Of a DNA stretch of 64,000 nucleotides, positions 18,827 through 28,481 are shown piece after piece. The DNA comes from an uncultured Spirochaetota bacterium. Lineage in GTDB: Bacteria > Spirochaetota > Spirochaetia > SZUA-6 > Fen-1364. A program made the position numbers and the translations under genes. Every line of letters begins with the position of its first letter. Within the stretch, counting starts at the first letter, position 1. Below the pieces are notes generated by a model. It was given only the letters and a program-made list of their open reading frames with translations. It searched no databases and had not been told where the DNA came from. The stretch spans positions 128,001 to 192,000 of the forward strand of contig CAVTHO010000010.1 of NCBI GenBank assembly GCA_963734545.1, in the 5' to 3' direction.

Positions 18827-20332
18827 GCGCGCGCCCTGCAGGGGGCTGTACTCGAACCAGTCGAAGTCTGCCGGTGACGAACAGGGCGCTCCGTTCCCGC
18901 TGCTGAACATCGCCAGGTACATCCCGGTAAATCCTCCGGCAACCTCGGTCGCCAGGTAGCGGGTCTCGCCCGCTGCCATCTCCTCAGGTCGGCCGGCGTC
19001 GGACGCTCCGGAGAACCTGTAGGTCTCGCGGTCCGCGTCGACGCGGAGGAGAACCACGCCTGGGTCGACCTCGCGGCACGCCACCTCCGCCGCGAGGCTT
19101 CCGATCCGCCGGCGGACCACGAGGCACCGCTTTCCCCCGCGCAGTGCAAGGAACAGATCGTAGTGGTGCCTCTCGTTCATCCACACAGTCAGCCCGGCCC
19201 ATTCGCGCTCCGAACGGGGCGTGAAGTCCAGTCGGGCCGTCACACGCAAGGCGAAATGCTCCTGACGACGGCCGACCCATGCGGGCGAGCCCGCCTGGTC
19301 CAAAGCAGTCGCCGCTCCGTGCAGACGCAGCCATCCCGGCCGGTCCGCGAGCGACCATGACCAGTCCTCGGGGTTGCGGAGGAAGTTCCATTCCCGGCCC
19401 AGGCTGTTATGCTCGAAGTCGTTCCGCTCAGGCGGAGCAGGCCATGGCTGCGGCGGCGGCAGCGGGCCCGACATCTCGAGGGCCACCCTTCCACCTGTGC
19501 CGATCACCGGCCACCCGTCGGCGTCCCAGGTCACTGGCGCGAGGAAGGTTTCCCGGCCGAGATGATGACAGGGCCAGTGGCCGTTCGGACGTATGCCGAG
19601 GAACACTACCCACCAGTTTCCGCTGCCGTCCTGGACAAAGTCGCCGTGGCCGGTGGCCTGGATGGGGCTGGAGAGACTGCGGTGACTCAGGATCGGGTTG
19701 CGCGGGCAGGGCTCGAACGGGCCCCAGGGAGATGGCGAGCGCGCGATCGTCAGCATGTGCCCGTACTCGGTGCCGCCTTCGGAAATGAGAAGGTAGTACT
19801 GGCCGCGGATCCTGTAGAGGTGCGGCCCTTCGGGGTATTGCCCGCCCGTGCCTTGCCAGATCGACCGCTCCTTTTCGGCGTTCCCCGAGGGGAGATGGAT
19901 TTCTCGCTGGACGATGCCCTCCGAGGAGCAGGAGAAGTAGACCTTCCCGTCGTCGTCAAAGAAGAGCGACGGATCGATCCCTGCCCCCGCGAGCCAGACC
20001 GGCTCCGACCACTCGCCTGCAGGGTCAGAGGCGGTTACGAGAAAATGACCTCCATTGGTAGTATTGGTCGTGATCATGAAGAAGGCGCCCTGGTAGTGAC
20101 GGATAGTCGGCGCGTAGATGCCGCCCGAGCTTCGTGCCCCTCGCAGAGGCAGTTGCGAGGCGCGGGACAGGCAGTGACCGATCTGACGCCAGTGCACGAG
20201 GTCGCGCGAATGAAAGACCGGGACTCCCGGGAAGTATTCGAAGGAACTGGTCACCAGGTAGAAGTCAGTGCCCACCCGGCACACGCTGGGGTCTGGGTGA
20301 AAACCGGGGATCACAGGATTCGTATAGTTCAC
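18815..20332 (-). CDS. Glycoside hydrolase family 43 (beta-xylosidase/arabinofuranosidase) with C-terminal beta-sandwich
   Basis: NPVIPGFHPDPS, SSFEYFPG, YAPTIR, IDPSLFFDDDGK, EGPHLY, GRETFLAPV, GGFTG. Confidence 0.95.
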   Translation of the reverse strand: MNYTNPVIPGFHPDPSVCRVGTDFYLVTSSFEYFPGVPVFHSRDLVHWRQIGHCLSRASQLPLRGARSSGGIYAPTIRHYQGAFFMITTNTTNGGHFLVTASDPAGEWSEPVWLAGAGIDPSLFFDDDGKVYFSCSSEGIVQREIHLPSGNAEKERSIWQGTGGQYPEGPHLYRIRGQYYLLISEGGTEYGHMLTIARSPSPWGPFEPCPRNPILSHRSLSSPIQATGHGDFVQDGSGNWWVVFLGIRPNGHWPCHHLGRETFLAPVTWDADGWPVIGTGGRVALEMSGPLPPPQPWPAPPERNDFEHNSLGREWNFLRNPEDWSWSLADRPGWLRLHGAATALDQAGSPAWVGRRQEHFALRVTARLDFTPRSEREWAGLTVWMNERHHYDLFLALRGGKRCLVVRRRIGSLAAEVACREVDPGVVLLRVDADRETYRFSGASDAGRPEEMAAGETRYLATEVAGGFTGMYLAMFSSGNGAPCSSPADFDWFEYSPLQGARARE

Positions 20333-20464
20333 CAAGGTTCCTCCCCGCATTCCTATTCATCTGCCGGATCGCACTCCAGTACATCATATTTCTTGTCCCG
20401 CATCACGGTTTTCTTGACCTGAGCCGCACCTTGACGCCGAGGTCCGGGCTTTCCATACTGGCAG

Positions 20465-21415
20465 GTGCCGATGCCCCACCTCCTGGTGCTCTCCTACGTC
20501 GCGGCAACCATGATCGGACTGACGGCGCTGGCAGTCTCGGCGGTCGCGGCGATACGCTCCCGAGACAGGGCGTACTGGCTGCTGATCCTCTTCTACGCCG
20601 CGTTTACCGCGCAGATCGCCACCGTGTTCACTCGTGAGTACCTGTACGTGAACGTCACGGGCTTTTCGCCCCGGGCGGTCCTCGTCACCTACGGGGCCGG
20701 CACGGTACTGGTCATGGTGTACATGGCCGCGATCACTCTCTACTACCACCGGATCTTCGCGGTCCGGTTTCAGAGGCTTCGCGACGGCGTGGTGATAGCG
20801 GCAGCGTTGTTCGTCGTGGCCGCTTTTCTGTGGCCGAATTCAGTCACCATGGATGCCGCCCGAAACCTGTTTGTCCGCAATACGCCCGTGCTCGCGGGTT
20901 CCTGCGTGCACATCCTCGTGTTCGCCTATCTCCTGGTGATCGGAGCGGCAGGTTCCAAGGCGGATCGACCGGCGCGCGAGCTGCTGCTGATCTGGGCCAC
21001 CTATGCGTTCGGGATCATCGGCTTTGCCGAAAGCCTCCTCGGATTGGTCCAGCAGGTGAAGGATCCCCGCGTGATCATGTCCGCCTCCGGCCAGGGGTTC
21101 ATGATCAGCACGGTACCCTATGTGCTGTTCGGAGGCGTTCTTGCATACTACTTCGGGTCCTTCCTGGTTGCCGATGCGGGACCGGCTCGGAAAGTCGGCG
21201 ACGAGTTCGCCAGCCGGTTCCAGATCTCGCCAAGGGAACGCGAAGTAGTCCAGCTGCTGAACGAGGGCCTGGGTAATCGGGAGATCGCCCAGAGGCTGTT
21301 CGTCAGTGTTGCCACCGTGAAGACACACGTGCACAACGTCTACGAAAAGACAGGGGCGAAGAGCCGCTATGAGCTCTATCGTCTCATCGAACCCCTGGAC
21401 CAGAAAGCCACATGA
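20465..21415 (+). CDS. Membrane-anchored LuxR-family (HTH) transcriptional regulator
   Basis: About 7 hydrophobic segments plus ISPREREVV...[25 protein letters not shown]; TTGACG-17-CATACT promoter 5 nt upstream. Confidence 0.9.
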   Translation: MPMPHLLVLSYVAATMIGLTALAVSAVAAIRSRDRAYWLLILFYAAFTAQIATVFTREYLYVNVTGFSPRAVLVTYGAGTVLVMVYMAAITLYYHRIFAVRFQRLRDGVVIAAALFVVAAFLWPNSVTMDAARNLFVRNTPVLAGSCVHILVFAYLLVIGAAGSKADRPARELLLIWATYAFGIIGFAESLLGLVQQVKDPRVIMSASGQGFMISTVPYVLFGGVLAYYFGSFLVADAGPARKVGDEFASRFQISPREREVVQLLNEGLGNREIAQRLFVSVATVKTHVHNVYEKTGAKSRYELYRLIEPLDQKAT

Positions 21416-21443
21416 CGCGAGCCCGCCCGCCTTTTCCCGAGAA

Positions 21444-21494
21444 ATCAATCCGTTGATGGATGCCGGGAACCCCCGATCAATCCGTTGATCGATG
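21444..21494 (+). promoter_or_regulatory. Tandem operator-like doublet ATCAA-N4-TTGAT
   Basis: ATCAATCCGTTGAT at 21444-21457 and 21476-21489 (32-bp period), each followed by sGATG. Confidence 0.7.
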
Positions 21495-21538
21495 GTTCGG
21501 CCTGCCCCCTTGTGATGAACTTCACCTCGGAGGCTTAT

Positions 21539-23140
21539 ATGAACAAGATTTTCTTTGAACTTCTGATGGCCCTGCTCGCCCTTGGCCTTGTCACCGGCTG
21601 CGCCAGCTCGAGCGGCGGCCAGAAGGTCAACGACCCGCGCGGCCGTTTTTCCTTTCAGGTGGGCCCCGAGCTGACACCGTTGGCGGGCGACGAAACCTTC
21701 TATCATTACCGCCTGGAAGGGCACGGCATCGACGCCTTTGTGACAGCCCAGCCGGCTCGCATCGAAGAGGAGGGAGTCGAGCAGACACTGCGGAGGGTCG
21801 GCGTCGACCCGGCGCTCCTCGTGCTGGATGGCAGCACCTCCTTTGGCGACTGGCAGGCCAGGCGGCTGGTCGGCAGCGGAAAGGACCTCGTGGCAGCAAT
21901 AGCGTTCCAGATGCGCGGCGATGTCGTGTATTCCCTCGTGGTCACCGGTACCGCCGCGTCCCTGCCGGGGGACCCGCCCGCCGGCGTCATGCGCATTTTG
22001 GGGAGCTTCACCTTCACCGAGGCCGCGGGCCGCATTGCGGTTCCTGGCACGCGGGAGGACCTTGAGGCGCTGGTACGCCGTTCTGCCGAGGCGCGCGGCG
22101 GGAGCATATCGCTTGCCGCGATCCGTGACGGCAAGATCATCTACCGATACTCCTCCGGCACGAGTCGGGGGAACGAACAGACCTCGCCCGGCACGGCTTA
22201 CCACTGGGGCTCCATGACAAAGGTGGTAACCGCGGTGGCCGTCATGCAGCTCGTGCAGCGCGGGCTGGTCGACCTGAATGCGCCCATCAGCAGGTACCTG
22301 CCCGTGTTCCCGAAGGAGCTCGGGATCAGGGTGATCGACCTGTTGAACCACAGCTCCGGGCTCCCCGACCGGGAGACCGACCACCTGATCGCCTACGCCA
22401 ATCACCCGCTGCCGCCCCTGGAGGGGATTCTGGCGGAATACCTTGCGCGCGTGGATCGGCTCGACTTCGCGCCGGGCACGCAGTCCCAATACTGCAACTG
22501 GAACTACCTGGCCCTCGGGGTCCTGATCGAGCGCGTGACGGGCAAGCCCTACGCGTCGTACGTGGCCGAATCGATCCTTGGCCCATCCGGGATGGGAAAT
22601 ACAGCGTTCCGCCATGCAGACCTGCCGCTGGGGACCCCGCTGGCCAGCCCCATCATTTCTAGCCGGAGAGAGGCTGCCCTGCTGGCTGTCCTGAACGAAA
22701 ACCTCCCGGAGCATGACGGTGAAGGGGTGATCAGTGCGAGGTCGGGTGACTACACCTTTCTTTCCGACATCGACATCCTCGCCCCCTGGGGCGGGCTGGC
22801 CGGCACTGCTGATGATGTCGCGCGGTTTCTCTGGACGAACATCGACGGCGATGCCGCGAAAGCCCAGTGGGGCCTGTCTCGCGCAGCACTGGAGGCAATG
22901 CAGCACATGCAGAAGTCCGCGGATGGCCGCCCGCTCGGTCGCGGTATCGGGTGGGTTCTCCGGCAGGAGAAGGGGGAAGCCGTCCTGGAGCACGCAGGCG
23001 GCGGGCCCGGCATCAGTACGCTGATGCGGCTGTACCCCAAACGCGGGCTGGGAGTGGTGGTGATGGGGAATATCAACGACTACGGGGCGGCGCGCATCCT
23101 CTCCGCGGCAGCGGATATCCTCTCAGGCCAGGGGCACTAG
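21539..23140 (+). CDS. Serine hydrolase (beta-lactamase class C / PBP-like) lipoprotein with extra N-terminal domain
   Basis: Lipobox LVTGC; SMTK (SxxK), LLNHSSGL, YCN (YxN), HAG; GGAGG RBS. Confidence 0.9.
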   Translation: MNKIFFELLMALLALGLVTGCASSSGGQKVNDPRGRFSFQVGPELTPLAGDETFYHYRLEGHGIDAFVTAQPARIEEEGVEQTLRRVGVDPALLVLDGSTSFGDWQARRLVGSGKDLVAAIAFQMRGDVVYSLVVTGTAASLPGDPPAGVMRILGSFTFTEAAGRIAVPGTREDLEALVRRSAEARGGSISLAAIRDGKIIYRYSSGTSRGNEQTSPGTAYHWGSMTKVVTAVAVMQLVQRGLVDLNAPISRYLPVFPKELGIRVIDLLNHSSGLPDRETDHLIAYANHPLPPLEGILAEYLARVDRLDFAPGTQSQYCNWNYLALGVLIERVTGKPYASYVAESILGPSGMGNTAFRHADLPLGTPLASPIISSRREAALLAVLNENLPEHDGEGVISARSGDYTFLSDIDILAPWGGLAGTADDVARFLWTNIDGDAAKAQWGLSRAALEAMQHMQKSADGRPLGRGIGWVLRQEKGEAVLEHAGGGPGISTLMRLYPKRGLGVVVMGNINDYGAARILSAAADILSGQGH

Positions 23141-23415
23141 GAGCCTGAGGGCGATGGTCCGTCTGATCCGGATAGACGTATCTGCCGTGGGCTCCCGGCG
23201 TTTGCTCCGCAAACGCCTGCCGCCCTACGGATATCGCGCTTCGCGCGATGTGCCCTGGGGCATGACGGCAGGCCGGACAGGTCCACGACGGACCTGGGGG
23301 AGGGGCTCCGGTCCCTCCTCCCCCGCCCCGTCCGTAAAGTACGGTGCCTTCCGTCGACATGCTCGTATTTAAAAAAGTTCTGGAAGTGTCGTGACCAAGC
23401 GATATCATTGAAGTT

Positions 23416-23835
23416 GTGGAGATCTCGCGCTCGCTGGCCATAGTGATGATGCTCGGGGCGGCCTGCCTTCTTGTCGCCTGTACGACAACAGGCACGCCAC
23501 CTCAATCACCGGCTGCCGGCAAAACCCAGGCGGCACACCCTTCCGCAGGGGCCGCCGCTCTCGCTCAGGCGCCCACCTCTTCCTCACAGGCTGCCGGCGC
23601 GCCTCAGGCGACGGCGCGCGCACGTTCGGCAAGCCGAAATGGAACCGCAAGACACTCAGGAGGCGTGGTGTCGGAGATGCTGGGAAAACTGTACGACACC
23701 GTTGCAGGACCAAGAACGGGCCCCGCGGGAGCCATCGAATATGCCGCCGTGGCTGCCATCGTAGTTGCAGTTGGAGCGGCGGCCGTTGCCGTGGGCATCA
23801 GGCGACACCGAAAACCGACACCTCGGGCATCATAG
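23416..23835 (+). CDS. Hypothetical small lipoprotein/membrane protein
   Basis: LLVAC lipobox-like motif, Ala/Pro-rich linker, C-terminal hydrophobic helix with basic tail; start uncertain. Confidence 0.5.
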   Translation: MEISRSLAIVMMLGAACLLVACTTTGTPPQSPAAGKTQAAHPSAGAAALAQAPTSSSQAAGAPQATARARSASRNGTARHSGGVVSEMLGKLYDTVAGPRTGPAGAIEYAAVAAIVVAVGAAAVAVGIRRHRKPTPRAS

Positions 23836-23884
23836 CAAGCTGTCATCTGGCGCGGCAGGCCTCGGCCGACCTCGCCGTCCCTGG

Positions 23885-24382
23885 CTACGCCTGATATGCT
23901 CCGCGGGAGTATGTCAGCTCGTAGCTGTGGCTGTACAGCTCGAACACGTTTCCGAAAGGATCCTCCACGTACACCATGCGGTAGGGCAGCTCGCCGGGGT
24001 AGTACTCCCGGATGGGCATTCTCTGGCGGCCGCCGTTTGCAACGATCTTCTTGACCGTTTCCTCGATTTCAGGGTCCTGGATGCAGAAGTGGAAGATCCC
24101 GCTCTTGCGGAACTCGAGGTTGTTCTTCGGCGTCACGGTATCCGGCCACTCGAACATCTCCACGCCGATCTTGTCCGAAGTCGACATATGTGCAATGCGG
24201 AACTTCCCGAACCCCTTGCCGAACACGTCCTTGCACATCACGCCGATGGCGCTGTCATCCTCCACGACCTCCGTCGGCTTCATGATGAGGTACCAGCCGA
24301 AGCATTTCGTGTAGAAGTCCACTGCCTTGTCGAGGTCAGGGACCGTGATTCCCACATGGGAAAATGCGCGTGCCTGTGTCAT
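23885..24382 (-). CDS. VOC / lactoylglutathione lyase family protein
   Basis: FSHVGITVPDLDKAVDFY, GIFHFC, YVEDPFGNVFELYS; GAGGAGG RBS. Confidence 0.9.
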   Translation of the reverse strand: MTQARAFSHVGITVPDLDKAVDFYTKCFGWYLIMKPTEVVEDDSAIGVMCKDVFGKGFGKFRIAHMSTSDKIGVEMFEWPDTVTPKNNLEFRKSGIFHFCIQDPEIEETVKKIVANGGRQRMPIREYYPGELPYRMVYVEDPFGNVFELYSHSYELTYSRGAYQA

Positions 24383-24395
24383 GTCTCGATCCTCC

Positions 24396-25277
24396 TCATC
24401 GCCGGGCCCGCGCCATGCGCGGACGGCTGCTCCTGGCCGGCTTCCCGTTTGAAGGCTTCCCGTCGGACAACGCCGACGGGCCTCCCGTCTGCCGGTACCC
24501 CATTCTCTGTGATATTTCCTCGGCCGCCCGCAGGACGATGGACTGGTAGCGGGGGATCTCCTTGTCCGGCAGCCTGACGGTCGGGACTGAAACGCTGATG
24601 GCGGCGCACACGCCCCCATGAGTGTCTCTCACCGGCGCCGCGACGCAACGCACGCCGATCTCGTGCTCTTCATTGTCGATGGCAAATCCGTTTTCCCGGA
24701 TGGAGGCGAGCTCCCGGTCCAGGTCGGGCCGCCGCGTGAGGGTACGCGCGGTGAACTTGATGACCCTTTCCCGCTTCAAAATGTCATTGACGCGATCCGC
24801 GGGAAGGTAGGCAAGCAGCGTCTTGCCGAGGCCCGTGCAGTAGGTCGGCGCGCTCTGGCCCACGCGCGACATCATGGAAACCCGGAGCCCCCGGGCGGAT
24901 TCGATCTTTCCCAGGTAGACGAGGCTGTAGTCATCCATGGTGGCCAGGTGGACCGTCTCCCCGGTGACATGGGCGATTTCCTTGAGGATCGGCTGCGCTT
25001 CGCGCCAGAGCTCGAGCCGGTCCAGAACGGACATGCCGATCTCGAAGAGCTTGAGGGTGAGGCTGTACTTTTCGGTCTCGGGGTCCTGGCGGACGAAGCC
25101 CAGCTCCTTCAGCGACGTGAGGAAGCGGTAGACGGTGCTCTTGTTCATGCGGAGGCTGTTCGCCGTGGCCGAAACCCGGTGGGCGAGCTCCGTGATGCCG
25201 AAGCTCGGCTCGTGGGAAAGGCATTCGAGAATCTTCATGGTCTTGACGACTGCCTTGGCAGGGGCGGCTTCGCTCAC
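24396..25277 (-). CDS. IclR-family transcriptional regulator (KdgR-like)
   Basis: KSTVYRFLTSL HTH; GETVHLA, PTYCTGLGK, DNEEHEIGVRCVAAP. Confidence 0.93.
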   Translation of the reverse strand: MSEAAPAKAVVKTMKILECLSHEPSFGITELAHRVSATANSLRMNKSTVYRFLTSLKELGFVRQDPETEKYSLTLKLFEIGMSVLDRLELWREAQPILKEIAHVTGETVHLATMDDYSLVYLGKIESARGLRVSMMSRVGQSAPTYCTGLGKTLLAYLPADRVNDILKRERVIKFTARTLTRRPDLDRELASIRENGFAIDNEEHEIGVRCVAAPVRDTHGGVCAAISVSVPTVRLPDKEIPRYQSIVLRAAEEISQRMGYRQTGGPSALSDGKPSNGKPARSSRPRMARARR

Positions 25278-25320
25278 ACGAGGATACTACACAACAACGG
25301 CGCCGGTGTCCAGCATATTT

Positions 25321-25368
25321 ATAAAACGACGTTTTAATATTGACAGCCCCGGGAGCTGGCGCTATCGT
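25321..25368 (+). promoter_or_regulatory. KdgR-type operator 1 plus sigma70 promoter
   Basis: ATAAAAC-GAC-GTTTTAA at 25321-25337; TTGACA(25340)-17-TATCGT; divergent TGGACA-17-TAGTAT promoter at 25312-25284. Confidence 0.75.
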
Positions 25369-25416
25369 GGCCCGGGGCGCGGAGGGGCGAGCCCGCAACG
25401 CCCGGGGGAGGTGACC

Positions 25417-26286
25417 ATGGACAGGGTGGAAGTGGCTCTGGAAGCCGGGTGCATCCACGCGGAAGGGCCGGTCTGGGACGACCGGGCAGGGCGCCTGTAC
25501 TGGACGGACATCGAGTCCCGCACGCTGTGGAGGCTCGATCCCGTGTCGGGACGGCCGGAGACCTGGGCGATGCCGGAGAAGGTCTGCTCCATCGCCTTCC
25601 GCCGGACCGCCGGCCTGCTCATTGCCTTCGAGACGGGGATCTCCTTCTATGACCTCGATTCCCGCACCGAGAAGCGGATCGTGGACGTGGAGCCCGACAT
25701 TCCGGTCACGAGGCTGAACGACGGCAGGTGCGACCGGCAGGGGCGCTTCATTGTGGGAGGCTTCGACCCGAGCGAAAAAGGCCTCTCGGGGGCCTACCGG
25801 CTGGACGCGGACCTCAGCATTCACCGCCTGTTCGGGGGACTGAGCAGCGCCAACAGCACCTGCTTCAGCCTGGACGGGAAGACGATGTACTACGCGGACT
25901 CGCCCCAGGCGGCGATCTGGGCGTTCGACTACGACATCGACGCGGGGGTACCCTCCCACCGGCGGGTTTTTTGCGATTTCAAGGACCAGCCGGGGATTCC
26001 GGATGGCTCGGCCATCGACGCGGAGGGGTGCCTGTGGAACGCGCAGTGGAACGGTGCCCGCGTGGTGCGCTACCGCCCGGACGGCTCGGTGGAGCGCGTC
26101 ATCGAGGTGCCCTGCAGGAATCCGACCTGCGTGGCCTTCGGCGGCCGGGACCTCGACACGCTGTACATCACCACTTCCCGTCTCACCCTCAGCCCGGAGG
26201 AAGTACGGAAACAGCCCCTTGCCGGGGCCCTCCTGGCGGTCCGCCCGGGAGTGACGGGTCTGCCGGAGGACAGGTTCATAAAATAA
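25417..26286 (+). CDS. SMP-30/gluconolactonase/LRE family protein
   Basis: EGPVWD, RLNDGRCD, MYYADS, PDGSAIDAEG, PTCVAFGG; GGAGGT RBS. Confidence 0.93.
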   Translation: MDRVEVALEAGCIHAEGPVWDDRAGRLYWTDIESRTLWRLDPVSGRPETWAMPEKVCSIAFRRTAGLLIAFETGISFYDLDSRTEKRIVDVEPDIPVTRLNDGRCDRQGRFIVGGFDPSEKGLSGAYRLDADLSIHRLFGGLSSANSTCFSLDGKTMYYADSPQAAIWAFDYDIDAGVPSHRRVFCDFKDQPGIPDGSAIDAEGCLWNAQWNGARVVRYRPDGSVERVIEVPCRNPTCVAFGGRDLDTLYITTSRLTLSPEEVRKQPLAGALLAVRPGVTGLPEDRFIK

Positions 26287-26358
26287 AACAACGTTCTAAT
26301 CTATTGACAGCGGGCCGCTCCGGCTCTATACTCGTTCGGGAATGAAACAGTATTTCAG
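26283..26358 (+). promoter_or_regulatory. KdgR-type operators 2 and 3 flanking a near-consensus sigma70 promoter
   Basis: ATAAAAC-AAC-GTTCTAA (26283); TTGACA(26304)-17-TATACT(26327); ATGAAAC-AGT-ATTTCAG (26342). Confidence 0.75.
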
Positions 26359-27148
26359 TAATTCCGCTCCGGGCTCACCCGCCTCCCTGGCGGACATGGT
26401 AGCCGCCTTTCGCGAATCCCTGGGCAGACGCGTGGTCCTGGGTCCCTTCTCGAAGTCCAGCGACCCTGCCTTTGTCGAGGTCATGGGCTACGCCGGATTC
26501 GACTTTGTCGTGCTCGATCTCGAGCATGGCCCCAACAACGTGCTCTCCCTCCAGAACCTGATCCGCGCCGCCCAGGTGTCGGGCCTGCTGCCGATCGTGC
26601 GAGTCAAGGACGACGTTCCCTCCCTCATCGGCGAAGTGCTGGACGTGGGGGCGGGCGGGATCCAGGTGCCCAAGATCAGCTCTGCGAAGGACGTGGAGGA
26701 GATCCTGCGGCTGGGCCGCTTCTCCCCGCAGGGCATGCGGGGGGTATGCCGTTTCGTGCGCGCGGCACGCTACTCGGCAACGGAGCGCCACCAGTACTTC
26801 GCCCAGTCGAACGACACGATACTCGTCCTCCAACTGGAAGGCACGGAGGCCATCGAGAACCTGGACGAGATCCTCGCCGTGCGCGGCGTGGATGTCATTT
26901 TCGTCGGTCCGTACGACCTCTCGCAGTCCCTGGGGACGCCCGGGGACGTGGACAACCCCCGGGTGGTGGAGGCGATGCGCGGAATCGTCGAGCGCTGCCT
27001 GAAGCGCAGCGTCACGGTCGGCACGTTCGTGGACACCCTGGAGAACGCCAGGAAGTGGCGGGACGCCGGGGTCCGCTACCTGTGCTACTCGGTGGACGTG
27101 GGGCTGTTCCTGGACAAGTGCACCGAGGTTGTCAGGAGTCTGTTGTGA
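26342..27148 (+). CDS. HpcH/HpaI class II aldolase (2-keto-3-deoxy sugar-acid aldolase type)
   Basis: GFDFVVLDLEHG, LDVGAGG, P.G.RG, QLE, FVGPYDLS. Confidence 0.9.
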   Translation: MKQYFSNSAPGSPASLADMVAAFRESLGRRVVLGPFSKSSDPAFVEVMGYAGFDFVVLDLEHGPNNVLSLQNLIRAAQVSGLLPIVRVKDDVPSLIGEVLDVGAGGIQVPKISSAKDVEEILRLGRFSPQGMRGVCRFVRAARYSATERHQYFAQSNDTILVLQLEGTEAIENLDEILAVRGVDVIFVGPYDLSQSLGTPGDVDNPRVVEAMRGIVERCLKRSVTVGTFVDTLENARKWRDAGVRYLCYSVDVGLFLDKCTEVVRSLL

Positions 27149-27197
27149 GAAGAAGCCAGGTTCTGGCAGAAGAAGAGATCTTCACAGGAGGTAGTCT

Positions 27198-28280
27198 ATG
27201 AAGAGAACGACACAGGTCCTTGCGGTCTTGATTCTCCTTGGCGCAGTGGCGGCGGGCGCGTTCGCCAGCGGAGGGGGGGAAGCCGCGCAGAAGGGCCAGT
27301 TCGCGTACAAGCAGGCCATCAGCTACGCCGCACCCGTCGCCATCAAGGCGCAGTCCAATTTCAGCACGCTGAAGTACGTGAAGGGAAAGGCGCCGGTCAT
27401 CGCCTACATGCCCCCGGCCACCGAGTTCAACTACTATATCGCCATCGGAGAGGGGATCAAGGCCATCGCCAAGGACATGGGAGCCTCGACATTCATGCTG
27501 GCGCCGCAGAGCGGTGCGGACATCAACGGCCAGATGGGGATGCTCCAGGACGTCATGACGAGGGGAGTCGATGCGATCATCCTCTCCACCCATGACGAGC
27601 ACGCGGCCGCGCCGCTCGTGAAGCAGGCGGTCGAAAAGGGCATCGAGATCGTCATCGTCAACTCGGACATCCTCGACTTCCCCACTCCGGTGCACGGCGT
27701 GGTGGGATACAGCCAGCGGCACGGCACCCAGAAGGAAGGCGAGTACGCGAAGACGCTTATGGGGAGCAAGCAGGTGATCGTCGGCATCATCGAGGGCCAG
27801 CCGGGATACCACTCCACGGAGCGCTGCGGCGGCTTCATCGACGTCATCTCCAAGCTCGCGAACTTCAAGATCGTGGCGAGCCTCCCCGGGGACTGGAACG
27901 TCGAAGGAGGCAACCGGGCCGGCATGGACATGCTGCAGGCGCATCCCGACATCCAGCTCATCTTCGCCGCCAACGACTACGAGATCATGGGGGTGCAGAA
28001 AGCGGCGAGCGCACTGGGACGGAACGACCTGGTTCTCCTCGGCAACGACGGCGACACGGCATGCCTGGAGGAGATCAACGTGGGCAATGTCACGGCCACG
28101 GTGAACACGACTCCCTTCGTGATGGGGCAGATCGCCCTGCAGGTGGCGCTGGACGGGCTGCACGGCAACTTCAAGGGCGGGTTCGTGGAGACGCCGACCG
28201 TCATCACGGACAAGGCCAACGTCCTGGGCTTCCTCCAGAAGCCCGAGAACCTCTTCCCGAAGCCGTCGAAGCCGTACTAG
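27198..28280 (+). CDS. Sugar ABC transporter substrate-binding protein (RbsB-like)
   Basis: Signal peptide AFASGGGE; VDAIIL, GDWN, FAAND, G.DG motifs. Confidence 0.92.
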   Translation: MKRTTQVLAVLILLGAVAAGAFASGGGEAAQKGQFAYKQAISYAAPVAIKAQSNFSTLKYVKGKAPVIAYMPPATEFNYYIAIGEGIKAIAKDMGASTFMLAPQSGADINGQMGMLQDVMTRGVDAIILSTHDEHAAAPLVKQAVEKGIEIVIVNSDILDFPTPVHGVVGYSQRHGTQKEGEYAKTLMGSKQVIVGIIEGQPGYHSTERCGGFIDVISKLANFKIVASLPGDWNVEGGNRAGMDMLQAHPDIQLIFAANDYEIMGVQKAASALGRNDLVLLGNDGDTACLEEINVGNVTATVNTTPFVMGQIALQVALDGLHGNFKGGFVETPTVITDKANVLGFLQKPENLFPKPSKPY

Positions 28281-28481
28281 GTCCTGCGGGTAATGGCTCA
28301 ACTGGAGCAAGCGGCTTTCGGATGTTGCTGCCGCGCCTCGCGCGGTGCGGACGAGAGATGAATGGGCGCGGCGCGCGCGTGGGTCCCCCGGGACTCATGC
28401 GCCGCCGGGCCGGCTGAACAGCCGATTCTCTTGAGAAAAGAACCGAAATGCATATAGCAAACTCGGCGGCAGGGGCATACT

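Noticed and set aside
20840-22993. 717-aa - strand ORF
   Set aside because: Antisense to the well-supported LuxR and serine hydrolase genes
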